Shown: positions 48,099 to 57,553, numbered from the stretch's first letter. The stretch is DNA of 64,000 bases from an uncultured delta proteobacterium (GCA_963782055.1 CAWAIF010000003.1:3584001-3648000), one strand, 5' to 3'. The notes: generated by a model not told the origin, from the sequence alone. Made by a program: numbers and translations.

Positions 48099-49493
48099 CT
48101 ACTCCTCCACCACCCGCGCGCCGTCGCCCTCGGCCGTGAGCAGGTCCAGGGCCTTGCGCGCGGCCTCGACCGTGATGTTGCGCGCCTCGACGATCATGGC
48201 GGCGACGCGCTCGACGAGGCCGCCCTCCGCGCCGGCGGCCATGGCCACCGCGCGGGCGTGCAGCGCCATGTGGCCGCGCTGGATGCCGTCGGTGGCGAGG
48301 GCGCGGACCGCCGCCAGGTTGGAGGCGAGGCCGACCGACGCCGCGATGGCGGCCAGGTCCTGCGCCCCGCGCGTGTCCAGGATGCGCAGCGACAGCCGCG
48401 CGGCGGGGTGCACGCGCAGGGTGCCGCCCACCGTGCCGAGCGCCATCGGCAGCTCCAGCCGACCGAGCAGCTCGTCCCCCTCTCGCCGCCAGGTGGCCAG
48501 GGGCGCGTAGCGTCCGCTCCGCGCCGCGAAGGCGTGGGCGCCTGCCTCCACCGCGCGCCAGTCGTTGCCGGTGGCGATGACGACGGCGTCGATGCCGTTC
48601 ATGATGCCCTTGTTGTGCGTGGCGGCGCGGTACGGGTCCGCCTCCGCGAAGCGCGAGGCGTTGACGATGCCGTCGATCACGGCCGAGCCGTCCATCCCCT
48701 CGGTGGCGAGGACGCGCGCCGGGATGCGGCAGCGGACGCGCACGCAGCGGCGGTCGCAGAGGTTGGACAGGATGCGCAGGCCCACGCGGCCGCCGGAGAG
48801 CTCGGCGAGGCGCGGGGCGACGGCCTCTGCCACGCCGTTGACGAGGTTGGCGCCCATGGCGTCGCGGCAGTCGACGAGCACGTGCACCGCCATCATGCCG
48901 TCCTCGGGCGTGGTGCCCTTCGGGCTGTCGGCCCGCGCTTCGCGCGGGACCTCGGGTGACGTGCCCTTCGGGCTGTCGGCCCGCGCTTCGCGCGGGACCT
49001 CAAGGAAGCGCACGTCCAGCTCGCGCGCGCCGCCGCCGCGCTCCACGAGGCCGGGGATGGCGCGGTCCGCCAGGGCGAGGACCTCCTCGGCGTGGGCGAG
49101 CACCTGCGCGCGTGCCCGCTCGCGATCGCGCACCTCGATGAGCTGCACCTGGGCGATCATCAGCGGGGGGTCGGTCTCGACGGCGAAGCCGCCGCCCGCG
49201 CGCACCATCTTGGCGGCGTTGGACGCCGCGGCCACCACGCTGGGCTCCTCCACCACCATCGGCACGACGTGGTCGTGGCCGTTGACCCGCACGTTGAGCG
49301 CCACGCCGTAGGGGAGCGCGTAGATGCCGATCACGTTCTCGACGAACTTGTCGGCGGTGTCCTCGTCCAGGCCGCCGCCGTCCAGCGAGCGCGCCATGTC
49401 CGCGACCTCGACGCCGGTGGCCTCGCTCACCAGCGCGCGCCGCTCCTCCACCGTCATCTTGTAAAAGCCCGGGAATCTGGACGTACGTGCCAT
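48099..49493 (-). CDS. mvaA: Class II HMG-CoA reductase carrying an in-frame tandem-repeat insertion
   Basis: ENVIG, EEPSVVAA, DAMGAN, THNKGIMNG and GIQRGHM. Confidence 0.93.
   Translation of the reverse strand: MARTSRFPGFYKMTVEERRALVSEATGVEVADMARSLDGGGLDEDTADKFVENVIGIYALPYGVALNVRVNGHDHVVPMVVEEPSVVAAASNAAKMVRAGGGFAVETDPPLMIAQVQLIEVRDRERARAQVLAHAEEVLALADRAIPGLVERGGGARELDVRFLEVPREARADSPKGTSPEVPREARADSPKGTTPEDGMMAVHVLVDCRDAMGANLVNGVAEAVAPRLAELSGGRVGLRILSNLCDRRCVRVRCRIPARVLATEGMDGSAVIDGIVNASRFAEADPYRAATHNKGIMNGIDAVVIATGNDWRAVEAGAHAFAARSGRYAPLATWRREGDELLGRLELPMALGTVGGTLRVHPAARLSLRILDTRGAQDLAAIAASVGLASNLAAVRALATDGIQRGHMALHARAVAMAAGAEGGLVERVAAMIVEARNITVEAARKALDLLTAEGDGARVVEE
48902..49001. repeat. 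Tandem 48-bp palindromic repeat (about 2.1 units) inside the HMG-CoA reductase gene
   Basis: Identical 41-mer at 48913-48953 and 48961-49001; each unit holds the hairpins GCCC-TTC-GGGC and CCCGCGC-TTC-GCGCGGG. Confidence 0.92.
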
Positions 49494-49500
49494 GTGCTCC

Positions 49501-50391
49501 TCACGAAAGGACGGTGACGCCGTCCACGTCGACGTGGAGGTCGAGCGCATTCATGCCGGCTCTCCCCGCGCGCTGCAAGAACGCGTGGGAGGGCTCTCGC
49601 GTACCGACGAAGACACCGACGTCGCCCCCACCTGCGCCGGATGGCGCGAAGGCGGCGCCCTCGGCGCCGGCGGCCGCGGCGAGATCGGCGAACGCCGCGG
49701 GGACGATGGGGGCGTCGGCCGCCGCGCCCAGCGCGGCGAGCGCGGGAACCGACGCGGCGATCTCGGCGACGAACGCCCCCGCGTCCCCGGCGAGCGCCGC
49801 CGCGGCGGCCCGCCGGGCGATCGCCGCGAGCGCCGCCATGTGCGCCGCGTGGGCCGCGGCGTCGCGGGCGCGCAGGGCGTCCACGCGGGCGCGCAGGTCG
49901 CTGGTGCGGGCGCTCTGCCCGCTGAAGAAGGCGCGGACCAGGAGGCCCGGCGGAATACGTGTACTCTGCACGCTCACCGCCGGCCCCTCGCGACGGAAGA
50001 CGATGACGCCGCCGAAGACACTGGCGGCCACGTCGAAGCCGCTGCCACCACCCTGGACCCCGGCGTGCGCGGCGAAGGCCGCCTCGCGGAGCGCCTGGCG
50101 CACCGCGGGGTCGCGCACGTCCTCCCCGCGCTCCGCCGCGCGCAGGGCGAGCGCAGCCACCACCGCCGCGGCGCTGGAGCCGAGGCCCAGCTTCGTGTCC
50201 CCGTCGCAGAGCGCGCTCGTGTCGATCTCCGGCGGGTCGTCCATCGCGGCGCGGACCTCCGCCGGCGCACCGGCGGCCCCCCTGCCCTGCGCGAAGGCGT
50301 GACGGTCGACCGCGCACACCACCGCGGGCGCGCCCTCCAGCACGGCGTACGCCCCGGAGAGCAGCAGCTTGCCGGGCGCCCGCGCCCTCAC
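49501..50391 (-). CDS. Phosphomevalonate kinase (GHMP family)
   Basis: APGKLLLSGAYAVL, KLGLGSSAA, GSGFDVAAS and SGAGGGD. Confidence 0.85.
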   Translation of the reverse strand: MRARAPGKLLLSGAYAVLEGAPAVVCAVDRHAFAQGRGAAGAPAEVRAAMDDPPEIDTSALCDGDTKLGLGSSAAAVVAALALRAAERGEDVRDPAVRQALREAAFAAHAGVQGGGSGFDVAASVFGGVIVFRREGPAVSVQSTRIPPGLLVRAFFSGQSARTSDLRARVDALRARDAAAHAAHMAALAAIARRAAAAALAGDAGAFVAEIAASVPALAALGAAADAPIVPAAFADLAAAAGAEGAAFAPSGAGGGDVGVFVGTREPSHAFLQRAGRAGMNALDLHVDVDGVTVLS

Positions 50392-51377
50392 GGCTCCGCC
50401 TCCACCACGCGCGCGCCGGGGCCCGGCCTCGCCTCGATCACCCGCAGCACGCCGGGCGTCGCCTCCAGCAGCGCGCGCGCGCGCGCCGCGTCGGCCCCGG
50501 CGGACAGGACCTTGACGTGCGGCCCCGCGTCCATCGTCGCGAAGGCGAGCATCCCGGCGTCGCGCAGCGCGTTCACGCGGGCGAGCGCCTCCAGCGTCGC
50601 CGGCGCGAGGTACATCACACCGGCGGCGATGGCCGCCGCGTGCATCGCGAGGGCGCTGCGTTCGGCGAGCTCGCCCACCGCGCGCAGGTCGCGCGCGAGG
50701 AGCGCCTCGCGCATCGCGGCGAAGATGCGGGGCGCCTCCGCAAGCCACGCCGCGTAGTACGGGCTGGTGGCGGCGGTGCGGTTCATCCCCTCGCGCGAGG
50801 AGACCTCCTTCGGCGACTCGCGCGTGACGCAGACGAGCATCGTCACGTCCAGGTGGTCCGCGGGGGCGAGGGGGCGCGCGGCGAGCGGCTCCGTCTCCTC
50901 GCCCTGCGAGGCGCCGGCCGGGAGCTCCACGAAGCCTCCGAAGACGCTGCGCGCGGCGCTCGCCGAGCTGCGCCGCGCCAGATCGCTGAGGCGCGCGGGG
51001 TCCCAGTCGAGCGCGTAGGCACGCGCCGCGGCGAACGCCAGCGCGGCGAAGCCCGAGGCGCTGGAGGCCAGGCCGCCGGCGGTGGGGAAGTCGTTGTCGC
51101 TCGTCACCCGCGCGAAGCGGGCGTCGCCGGTGGCCTCGCGGACGCGGCCGAGCAGCTCGCGGACGCGGTCGAGCTCGGCGGGCCCGCACGGCGCGCCGTT
51201 GAGGACGAGCACGTCGTCGGCCAGGGCGGGGTCGACGTCCACGCGCGTGCGCGTCCGCAGGCCGTCCAGCGTCATGGAGAGGCTGGGCACCGCCGGGTAG
51301 TTACCCGCGCGCCGCTGCTTGCCCCAGTACTTGGCGAGGGCGATGTTGGGGTGCGCGATGGCGATGGCGTGGCTCAC
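50388..51377 (-). CDS. mvaD: Diphosphomevalonate decarboxylase
   Basis: HPNIALAKYWGK, FPTAGGLASSAS and TMDAGPHVK. Confidence 0.95.
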   Translation of the reverse strand: MSHAIAIAHPNIALAKYWGKQRRAGNYPAVPSLSMTLDGLRTRTRVDVDPALADDVLVLNGAPCGPAELDRVRELLGRVREATGDARFARVTSDNDFPTAGGLASSASGFAALAFAAARAYALDWDPARLSDLARRSSASAARSVFGGFVELPAGASQGEETEPLAARPLAPADHLDVTMLVCVTRESPKEVSSREGMNRTAATSPYYAAWLAEAPRIFAAMREALLARDLRAVGELAERSALAMHAAAIAAGVMYLAPATLEALARVNALRDAGMLAFATMDAGPHVKVLSAGADAARARALLEATPGVLRVIEARPGPGARVVEAEP

Positions 51378-52339
51378 GGGGACGCCCGCTCCGCGCCGCC
51401 GGCGGCCCGCTCGCGCGGGGCGGCGGGACCGGCCTCGGCGATGAAGCCGGAGAAGCCGGCGCGCTCCCACGCCGCGAGGACGCCCTGCGCGGCGGCGCGC
51501 GACTCGACCAGGGCGACCACCGACCCGCCGCCGCCCGCGCCGGTGAGCTTCGCGCCGAGCGCCCCCGCGGCCCGCGCGAGCCCGCACATCTGCTCGATCT
51601 CCTGCGTGGAGAGCAGGAGCCCGGCGAGCAGCATCTGGTTCATGTCCAGCAGCTTGCCGAGGGCGAAGAGATCGCCCGCCTCGATCGCGAGGCGCGCGTT
51701 GTTCACCACCGCGCGGACGCCCTCGAACGTCTTGTCCACCACCTCCGGCCGCCGCGCGCGCTGCCGCGCCACCGACTCCACCATCGAGCGCGTGCTCGAC
51801 GCCATCCCGGAGTGCCCGACCGCCAGCACCAGCGGCGCCCCGATCGGCAGCGGGGCCGGCGGCAGGCCGCGCTCGAAGAGCACCGAGCCGCCCAGCGTCG
51901 CCACGGCGGCGTCGACGCCGGAGGGGTTGCCGTGGAAGACGCGCTCCCACTCCATCGCCCGCGCGATGATCGCCTCGTCGGAGGCGGCCGGATCGACGGC
52001 GCGCGCCACCGCCACGCCCAGCGCCGCGGAGCAGCCGAGGCCGGCGCCGGGCGGCAGGTCCGCCTCGGCCTCCACCTCCAGCGGGCCGGCGACCCTCGAC
52101 GCCTCGAGGAGGGCGCGGAAAGCGCGCGCCAGATCACGCTCCGCATCGTCCGCGGCGACGTCGATGCCCCACGTCCTGACCCTCAGCCGCGAGGGACCCA
52201 CCAGCAGCGGCCGCGCGACGGCCGTGGCGCCGCGATCCACGCCGACGGCGATCGCCGGGACGCCGTAGACGACGGCGTGCTCGCCCACCAGGATCACCTT
52301 CCCGCAGGCGCGGCCGCGGGTCTCGCGCGTCGCGCTCAT
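51374..52339 (-). CDS. mvk: Mevalonate kinase
   Basis: GKVILVGEHAVVYG, PGAGLGCSAA, HGNPSGVD and KLTGAGGGG. Confidence 0.93.
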   Translation of the reverse strand: MSATRETRGRACGKVILVGEHAVVYGVPAIAVGVDRGATAVARPLLVGPSRLRVRTWGIDVAADDAERDLARAFRALLEASRVAGPLEVEAEADLPPGAGLGCSAALGVAVARAVDPAASDEAIIARAMEWERVFHGNPSGVDAAVATLGGSVLFERGLPPAPLPIGAPLVLAVGHSGMASSTRSMVESVARQRARRPEVVDKTFEGVRAVVNNARLAIEAGDLFALGKLLDMNQMLLAGLLLSTQEIEQMCGLARAAGALGAKLTGAGGGGSVVALVESRAAAQGVLAAWERAGFSGFIAEAGPAAPRERAAGGAERASP

Positions 52340-53406
52340 GCCTCGCGCCCCACCAGGGCGGCGGCGGCACCGCGCAGGACCGACTTGCCCTCCGCCGGCA
52401 AGGGGATCGCCTCCAGCCGGTCGCGCGCGACGCGCGCGAGCTCGCCCATGCGCGACTCGACCCGCGCCCTGGCCCCGCACTCCACCATGCAGCGGACCAG
52501 CGCCTCCACCTCCTCTTCGGGGGCGTCGGGGACGCCGAGCACCCGCGCGAGGAGCGGCGCCGCGCGGCGATCGCCCTCCAGCTCCGCCACCAGCGCTGTG
52601 CGCTTGCCACGCAGGATGTCGGTGCGCGCCGGCTTGCCGGTGCGCGCCGGGTCGCCGAAGGTGCCGAGCAGATCGTCCTGGAGCTGGAAGGCGACGCCGA
52701 GGGGCTCGGCCGCCTCCGCCAGCACCTCGCGCACCGCCGCCGGCGCCCCGGCGAGCGCCGCGCCGATCACCAGCGGCGCGCGGACGGTGTAGCTCGCGGT
52801 CTTGAGGGCGTGCATGCGCTCCACAGCCGCGGGCGTCGTCGCGGCGCCGCGGACGTCCAGCACCTGCCCGAGCACGACGTCCCCTTCCATCCGCGCGAGC
52901 TCCTGCATCGCCGCCACGAGCGAGGCCGGCGGCAGCGGCACCGACACGAGCGCCTCCAGCGCGAGGGCGGCGCCGTAGTCTCCAGCGAGCACCGCGCACG
53001 CGTCGCCGGCGTCGCGCGCGCCGAAGCGGTCGCGCAGCATGGCGTGCACGCTCGGACCGCCGCGACGCACCTCGTCGCCGTCCATCCAGTCGTCGTGCAC
53101 GAGCAGGTACGCGTGAAGGATCTCCACCGCCACCCCCGCCTGGACGACCGCGGGCGCGCCGCCCGGTCCACCGCACGCCTCGTACGCGGCAGCCAGCAGC
53201 ACCGCGCGCACACGCTTGCCACCGCGCGTGGCGAGGTCCCCCAGCGCCGAGACGACCGCCGAGGCGTCGGCGCCGAGCGGCTCGAGCGTGGCCAGCCGCC
53301 GGGCGAAGAAGGACGCGAGGGCGCCCTCCACCGCCGCCTTGACGGGCCGCGCGAAGGCCAGGAAGCAATCCTCGTCGGTCACCTTGCTCGCCGCCTCCGC
53401 CATCAT
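52336..53406 (-). CDS. Polyprenyl diphosphate synthase (GGPP synthase-like)
   Basis: GGKRVR, HDDWMD..RRG, KTASY and FQLQDD. Confidence 0.9.
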   Translation of the reverse strand: MMAEAASKVTDEDCFLAFARPVKAAVEGALASFFARRLATLEPLGADASAVVSALGDLATRGGKRVRAVLLAAAYEACGGPGGAPAVVQAGVAVEILHAYLLVHDDWMDGDEVRRGGPSVHAMLRDRFGARDAGDACAVLAGDYGAALALEALVSVPLPPASLVAAMQELARMEGDVVLGQVLDVRGAATTPAAVERMHALKTASYTVRAPLVIGAALAGAPAAVREVLAEAAEPLGVAFQLQDDLLGTFGDPARTGKPARTDILRGKRTALVAELEGDRRAAPLLARVLGVPDAPEEEVEALVRCMVECGARARVESRMGELARVARDRLEAIPLPAEGKSVLRGAAAALVGREA

Positions 53407-53567
53407 CGCCGCCTGCTCCCACGCGCGCGCCGGCGCGGGCAGCCCTGTAGCACGAGTCGAGGCGGCGGCGCAGGCGAGCGAATCGGTGCGTTTTAGCATC
53501 GAAGAAACAACGTGAAAGGGCCCCGGAAAATCCCGCCTGCGGGCGTCGTCGGGCCCGTGCCCCCCGA

Positions 53568-53596
53568 ACCGTAGGGGGCCAGCCCGCGGAAGTCAA
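53568..53596 (-). promoter_or_regulatory. sigma70-type promoter of the mevalonate operon
   Basis: TTGACT-N17-TACGGT on the minus strand. Confidence 0.5.
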
Positions 53597-53626
53597 CGCG
53601 CCGCGACGCCGTTTTCCATCGTGTTA

Positions 53627-53640
53627 TTGAATGGTTTCAA
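53627..53640. promoter_or_regulatory. Palindromic operator TTGAA-N4-TTCAA (Crp/Fnr-like geometry)
   Basis: Perfect 5-4-5 inverted repeat in an AT-rich patch between divergent isoprenoid genes. Confidence 0.4.
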
Positions 53641-53769
53641 ACTTCTCTGAATCATTCGACGTTTCTCCGGCGCGGCGGGCGCGTCGCGCTCCCCGGACAT
53701 ACCGCAGCGCGGCCCGCAGACCTTCCTTCGGCGCGCCAGGTCCGGATGCGCTACGAACGGGGCCGGGCC

Positions 53770-54846
53770 ATGAGCGCAAGCATCGGGCAGCGCAAGACCG
53801 ACCACCTCCAGCTCTGCGCCGAGGAAGACGTCGGCTTCCGCGGGGTCTCCACCCTGCTGGAAGGCGTCCGCCTGGTGCACGACGCCCTCCCCGACCTTCG
53901 CGCCGACCGCCTCGACCTCTCCACGCGCGCCTTCGGCAAGACCCTGCGCGCGCCCATCGTCATCGCCTCCATGACCGGCGGCACCGAGGAGGCGGGGCGC
54001 ATCAACCGCGAGCTCGCGTCCATCGCCGAGGAGCGCGGGTACGTCTTCGCGCTCGGCAGCCAGCGGGCGATGGTGGTGCGCCCGGAGTCGCGCGCCAGCT
54101 ACCTCGTGCGCGACGTCGCCCCGAGCACCGCGATCCTGGGCAACCTGGGCGTGGTCCAGGCGCGGGGGATGTCCACGGCGGAGGTGCAGGCGCTGGTGGA
54201 CGCCGTCGGCGCCGACGCGATGTGCATCCACCTCAACGTGGCGATGGAGCTCGTGCAGCCGGGCGGCGACCGCGACTTCGAGGGGGGGCTGGAGACCTTC
54301 GGCCGCCTGGCCCGGGAGCTCTCGGTGCCGGTGATCGTCAAGGAGACGGGGTGCGGCATCTCCCCCCGCGTCGCCGCGCGCGTGATGCGCGAGGGGGTCG
54401 CCCACGTCGACGTGTCGGGCGCCGGCGGCACCTCGTGGGTGGGCGTCGAGACGAAGCGCGCGGAGCAGGTGGGCGACGCCGCCGGCCGCAGCCTGGGCGA
54501 GGCGCTCTGGGACTGGGGCATCCCCACGGCCGCCTGCGTGGCGAGCGTGGCGCCGCTCGGCCTGTTCGTCATCGCCACCGGTGGGGTGGCGTCTGGCATG
54601 GACGCCGCCCGCGCCCTCGCCCTCGGGGCGCAGCTCGCCGGCATCGCCCGGCCGGCCCTCAAGGCGGTGCGGGCGGGCGGGCGCGCGGGCGCCCTGGCCT
54701 TCTTCGACGCCGTGGAGGCGGAGCTGCGCGCGGCGATGCTGCTCACCGGCAGCCAGACGGTGGCCGACCTGCGGCGGGCGCCGAAGGTCCTCTCCCGCGA
54801 GCTCCAGGCGTGGGTGGAGCAGCTCTCCGCGGGATGCGGACCGTGA
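53770..54846 (+). CDS. fni: Type 2 isopentenyl-diphosphate isomerase
   Basis: RKTDH, SMTGG, GSQR, IHLN, KETGCG and GAGGTSW. Confidence 0.95.
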   Translation: MSASIGQRKTDHLQLCAEEDVGFRGVSTLLEGVRLVHDALPDLRADRLDLSTRAFGKTLRAPIVIASMTGGTEEAGRINRELASIAEERGYVFALGSQRAMVVRPESRASYLVRDVAPSTAILGNLGVVQARGMSTAEVQALVDAVGADAMCIHLNVAMELVQPGGDRDFEGGLETFGRLARELSVPVIVKETGCGISPRVAARVMREGVAHVDVSGAGGTSWVGVETKRAEQVGDAAGRSLGEALWDWGIPTAACVASVAPLGLFVIATGGVASGMDAARALALGAQLAGIARPALKAVRAGGRAGALAFFDAVEAELRAAMLLTGSQTVADLRRAPKVLSRELQAWVEQLSAGCGP

Positions 54847-54864
54847 TACGGTCGGCCGAAGGCG

Positions 54865-55776
54865 ATGAGCGAACGCAAGAAACGCAAGAGTGAGCCGCCG
54901 CCGCCGACGAGGCCGTCGCAGCGGCCCTCGCAGAGGCCGAGCGCGCGTCCGGGCAGCAACCGCCCGGAGCCCTCGCAGAAGGCGTCCATCCAGGCCTTCT
55001 TCAAACGCGGCGCCCAGTTCGCCGAGGAGCTGCTCCACGACAACGAGCGGCTGCGCCGCGCGAACCTGGGCCTGGAGGCGGAGAACGCGGCGCTGCGCAC
55101 GCAGCTCGCCAGCGACCGGGCGATGCGCGATCTGCTGCGCAAGATCAAGCAGCTCGAGAAGGAGAAGCTGCAGCTTCTGTCCCACGTCCACGAGGCGCAG
55201 CGCGAGTCCACGCGCTACTCCTCCCGCTACTCCGAGATGGAGGAGGAGCTGAGCAAGCTGGCCAACGTCTACGTGGCGAGCTACCAGCTGCACTCCACCC
55301 TGCGGCTGCCGCTGGTCATCAAGCACCTGCAGGAGCTCCTCCAGCAGCTCGTCGGGGCGAGCAGTCACGCCATCTTCATGGCGGAGCCGAACCGCCGGAA
55401 CCTGGTGCTCATCGCGAGCGAGCGGGTGGATCGCCGGCGCCTGGGACGCCTCCCCCTCGGCGGCGACGACCCCGTCGCGCCGGTGGTGGAGCGTGCCTTC
55501 CTCACCGGCGTACCGCAGATCACCCACGGCGAGCTCGCGGAGGCCGGCGAGGACGCGCCCGCCGCCGTGGTCCCCCTGCATTTCGACGACCGCGTGATGG
55601 GCGTCATCGTGGTCTACTCCGTCTTCGAACAGAAGCCCCGCTTCGTGCCGGTGGACTTCGAGCTCTTCAAGATGCTCGGCGCCCACGCGGCGAGCGCCAT
55701 CGCCGGCGCCCTCCTCTACGCCGCCGCGGGCTCCACCCTCCCCGGCCCCGAAGCGCTCCAGGACCTGAGCGCATAG
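54865..55776 (+). CDS. Coiled-coil plus GAF domain protein
   Basis: Long heptad region, then LANVYVASYQLHSTL and a C-terminal GAF pattern (VVPL..MGVIVV). Confidence 0.8.
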   Translation: MSERKKRKSEPPPPTRPSQRPSQRPSARPGSNRPEPSQKASIQAFFKRGAQFAEELLHDNERLRRANLGLEAENAALRTQLASDRAMRDLLRKIKQLEKEKLQLLSHVHEAQRESTRYSSRYSEMEEELSKLANVYVASYQLHSTLRLPLVIKHLQELLQQLVGASSHAIFMAEPNRRNLVLIASERVDRRRLGRLPLGGDDPVAPVVERAFLTGVPQITHGELAEAGEDAPAAVVPLHFDDRVMGVIVVYSVFEQKPRFVPVDFELFKMLGAHAASAIAGALLYAAAGSTLPGPEALQDLSA

Positions 55777-55823
55777 AGTTCTACCCCGCACTTGTTTTCC
55801 GTTACGCTGAGGACCCAATCGCG

Positions 55824-56204
55824 ATGACCGCCGAGTACACCTGCCTTGTCGTCGAAGACTCGCCGATGATGCGACAGCTCCTCGTCTTCGCGCTCTCGCG
55901 CGTGAAGAACCTGAAGGTGACCGAGGCCGACGACGGCGTCGACGGCCTGCGCAAGCTCGCCGGCACCAAGTTCGATCTCATCCTGACCGACATCAACATG
56001 CCCATCATGGACGGGCTGAAGCTGGTCAAGCGGGTGCGCTCCGACCCGATGCACAAGGACACCCCCATCATCATCATCACCACCGAGGGCTCGACGGAGG
56101 ACCGGCAGCGCGCCCTGCAGCTCGGGGCGAACGCGTACATCACCAAGCCCATCCAGGCGCCGCAGGTGATCGCCAAGGTCAAGGAGCTGCTCAAGACCGA
56201 ATGA
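55824..56204 (+). CDS. CheY-like single-domain response regulator
   Basis: VVEDS, LTDINMP, IITT and YITKP. Confidence 0.93.
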   Translation: MTAEYTCLVVEDSPMMRQLLVFALSRVKNLKVTEADDGVDGLRKLAGTKFDLILTDINMPIMDGLKLVKRVRSDPMHKDTPIIIITTEGSTEDRQRALQLGANAYITKPIQAPQVIAKVKELLKTE

Positions 56205-56238
56205 AGGGCCGTCCGCCGTCCCCGCGGGTGGACGGCTC

Positions 56239-56853
56239 GTGAGCGCCAGGGTCAAGGTGTGCGGCGTGACGACAGCCGCCGACGCGCTCGCGTGCGTCGA
56301 GGCGGGGGTGGATGCCATCGGGCTGAACTTCGTTGCGTCCAGCCCGCGGGCGATCTCGGCGCAGGAGGGCCGCGTCATCGCGACGGCGATCGCCGGGCGC
56401 GTGCTCGTCGTGGGGGTGGTGGCGGACATGACGGTGGAGGGGATGCGGCGCCTCGCCGCCGACGTGGGCCTGGGCTGTCTCCAGCTCCACGGGGACGAGC
56501 CGCCGGCGGCGGTGGCGGCGCTGCTGCCTCACGCGTACAAGGCGCTTCGCGTGGCCGGCCCCGGGGACGTGGCCCGCGCCGACGACTACCCCGGGGATTA
56601 CCTGCTGGTGGACGCGAAGGTGGAGGGGCGACTGGGCGGTACCGGGAGCTCCTTCGACTGGCGCCTGGTGCGCGAGCTGGCCACGCGGCGCGAGCTCACC
56701 CTCGCAGGCGGCCTGCACCCCGGCAACGTGGCGGAGGCGATCGCCGCGGTCCACCCCTTCTGCGTGGACGTGGCCTCCGGCGTGGAGATCCCCGGCCAGC
56801 CGCGCCGGAAGGACCCTGCGCGCGTCCTCGCGTTCGTGCGGGCAGCCCGCTGA
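56239..56853 (+). CDS. trpF: Phosphoribosylanthranilate isomerase
   Basis: VKVCG, QLHGDE, GGTG..FDW, LAGGL and VDVASGVE. Confidence 0.94.
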   Translation: MSARVKVCGVTTAADALACVEAGVDAIGLNFVASSPRAISAQEGRVIATAIAGRVLVVGVVADMTVEGMRRLAADVGLGCLQLHGDEPPAAVAALLPHAYKALRVAGPGDVARADDYPGDYLLVDAKVEGRLGGTGSSFDWRLVRELATRRELTLAGGLHPGNVAEAIAAVHPFCVDVASGVEIPGQPRRKDPARVLAFVRAAR

Positions 56854-56911
56854 ATTCGCCCATCTCCTGCCTCGTGCTGCAGCGGTCCATCCTCGTGCTA
56901 CATTGCAGTGC

Positions 56912-57550
56912 ATGACCGGGGGACGTTGTCCGCAGCACGGACTGGCACTTTCGCCCGACGGTACGTGCGTCCTCTGTCGCCGCGAGTCCCCGAAGGGCGC
57001 GGGCATCCCTCCCTGGGTGGTCAAGGCCTCCGGCGTGGTCGTCGTCGGCCTCGCGCTCTTCGCCGCCGCGCGCTTCGGCCTTCGCGTCTGGCAGAGCGCG
57101 GAGGCGCCGTCGGTCGCGGTGCCCGACCGGCTCCCCGCCCCGCCTCGCCCCGCGGTCTCCTCGCACACCACGGCCTTCGCCTCCGCGTCCCCGGTCACCC
57201 CGGCGACCGGCGGCGGACACATCGAGGCGTTCGCCGGCGCGCCGAAGCCCGACTGGGCCGCCGAGCAGAAGTCGCGCCTGCCGGAGGAGCGCAAGAACGT
57301 CTCCATCACCATGTACACCACCTCGTGGTGCCCCCACTGCCGCGAGGCGCGCGACTGGCTGGACGCCCACGGCCAGCCCTACTTCGAGCGCGACATCGAG
57401 CGTGACCCTGACGCCAACGCGCGGATGCGCAAGCTCAACCCGCGCGGCGGCGTGCCCACCATCGACGTGGAAGATCAGGTGATCGTCGGCTTCGACCCGG
57501 GGAGCCTGGATCACGCCATCGACCTGGCGGCGCAGCGCCACCTGATGTGA
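56912..57550 (+). CDS. Membrane-anchored glutaredoxin-like protein with N-terminal Cys/His cluster
   Basis: CPQH..CVLC, a transmembrane helix, then WCPHC...GGVPTI (Grx/NrdH-like). Confidence 0.82.
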   Translation: MTGGRCPQHGLALSPDGTCVLCRRESPKGAGIPPWVVKASGVVVVGLALFAAARFGLRVWQSAEAPSVAVPDRLPAPPRPAVSSHTTAFASASPVTPATGGGHIEAFAGAPKPDWAAEQKSRLPEERKNVSITMYTTSWCPHCREARDWLDAHGQPYFERDIERDPDANARMRKLNPRGGVPTIDVEDQVIVGFDPGSLDHAIDLAAQRHLM

Positions 57551-57553
57551 GCC

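Noticed and set aside
48902..49001. Possible CRISPR array
   Set aside because: Only two units, no spacer-length unique sequence, in frame within a gene, and no cas genes in the window.
48099..54846. Absence of HMG-CoA synthase and thiolase as an incomplete pathway
   Set aside because: These genes are often encoded elsewhere in myxobacteria; this cannot be judged from one window.
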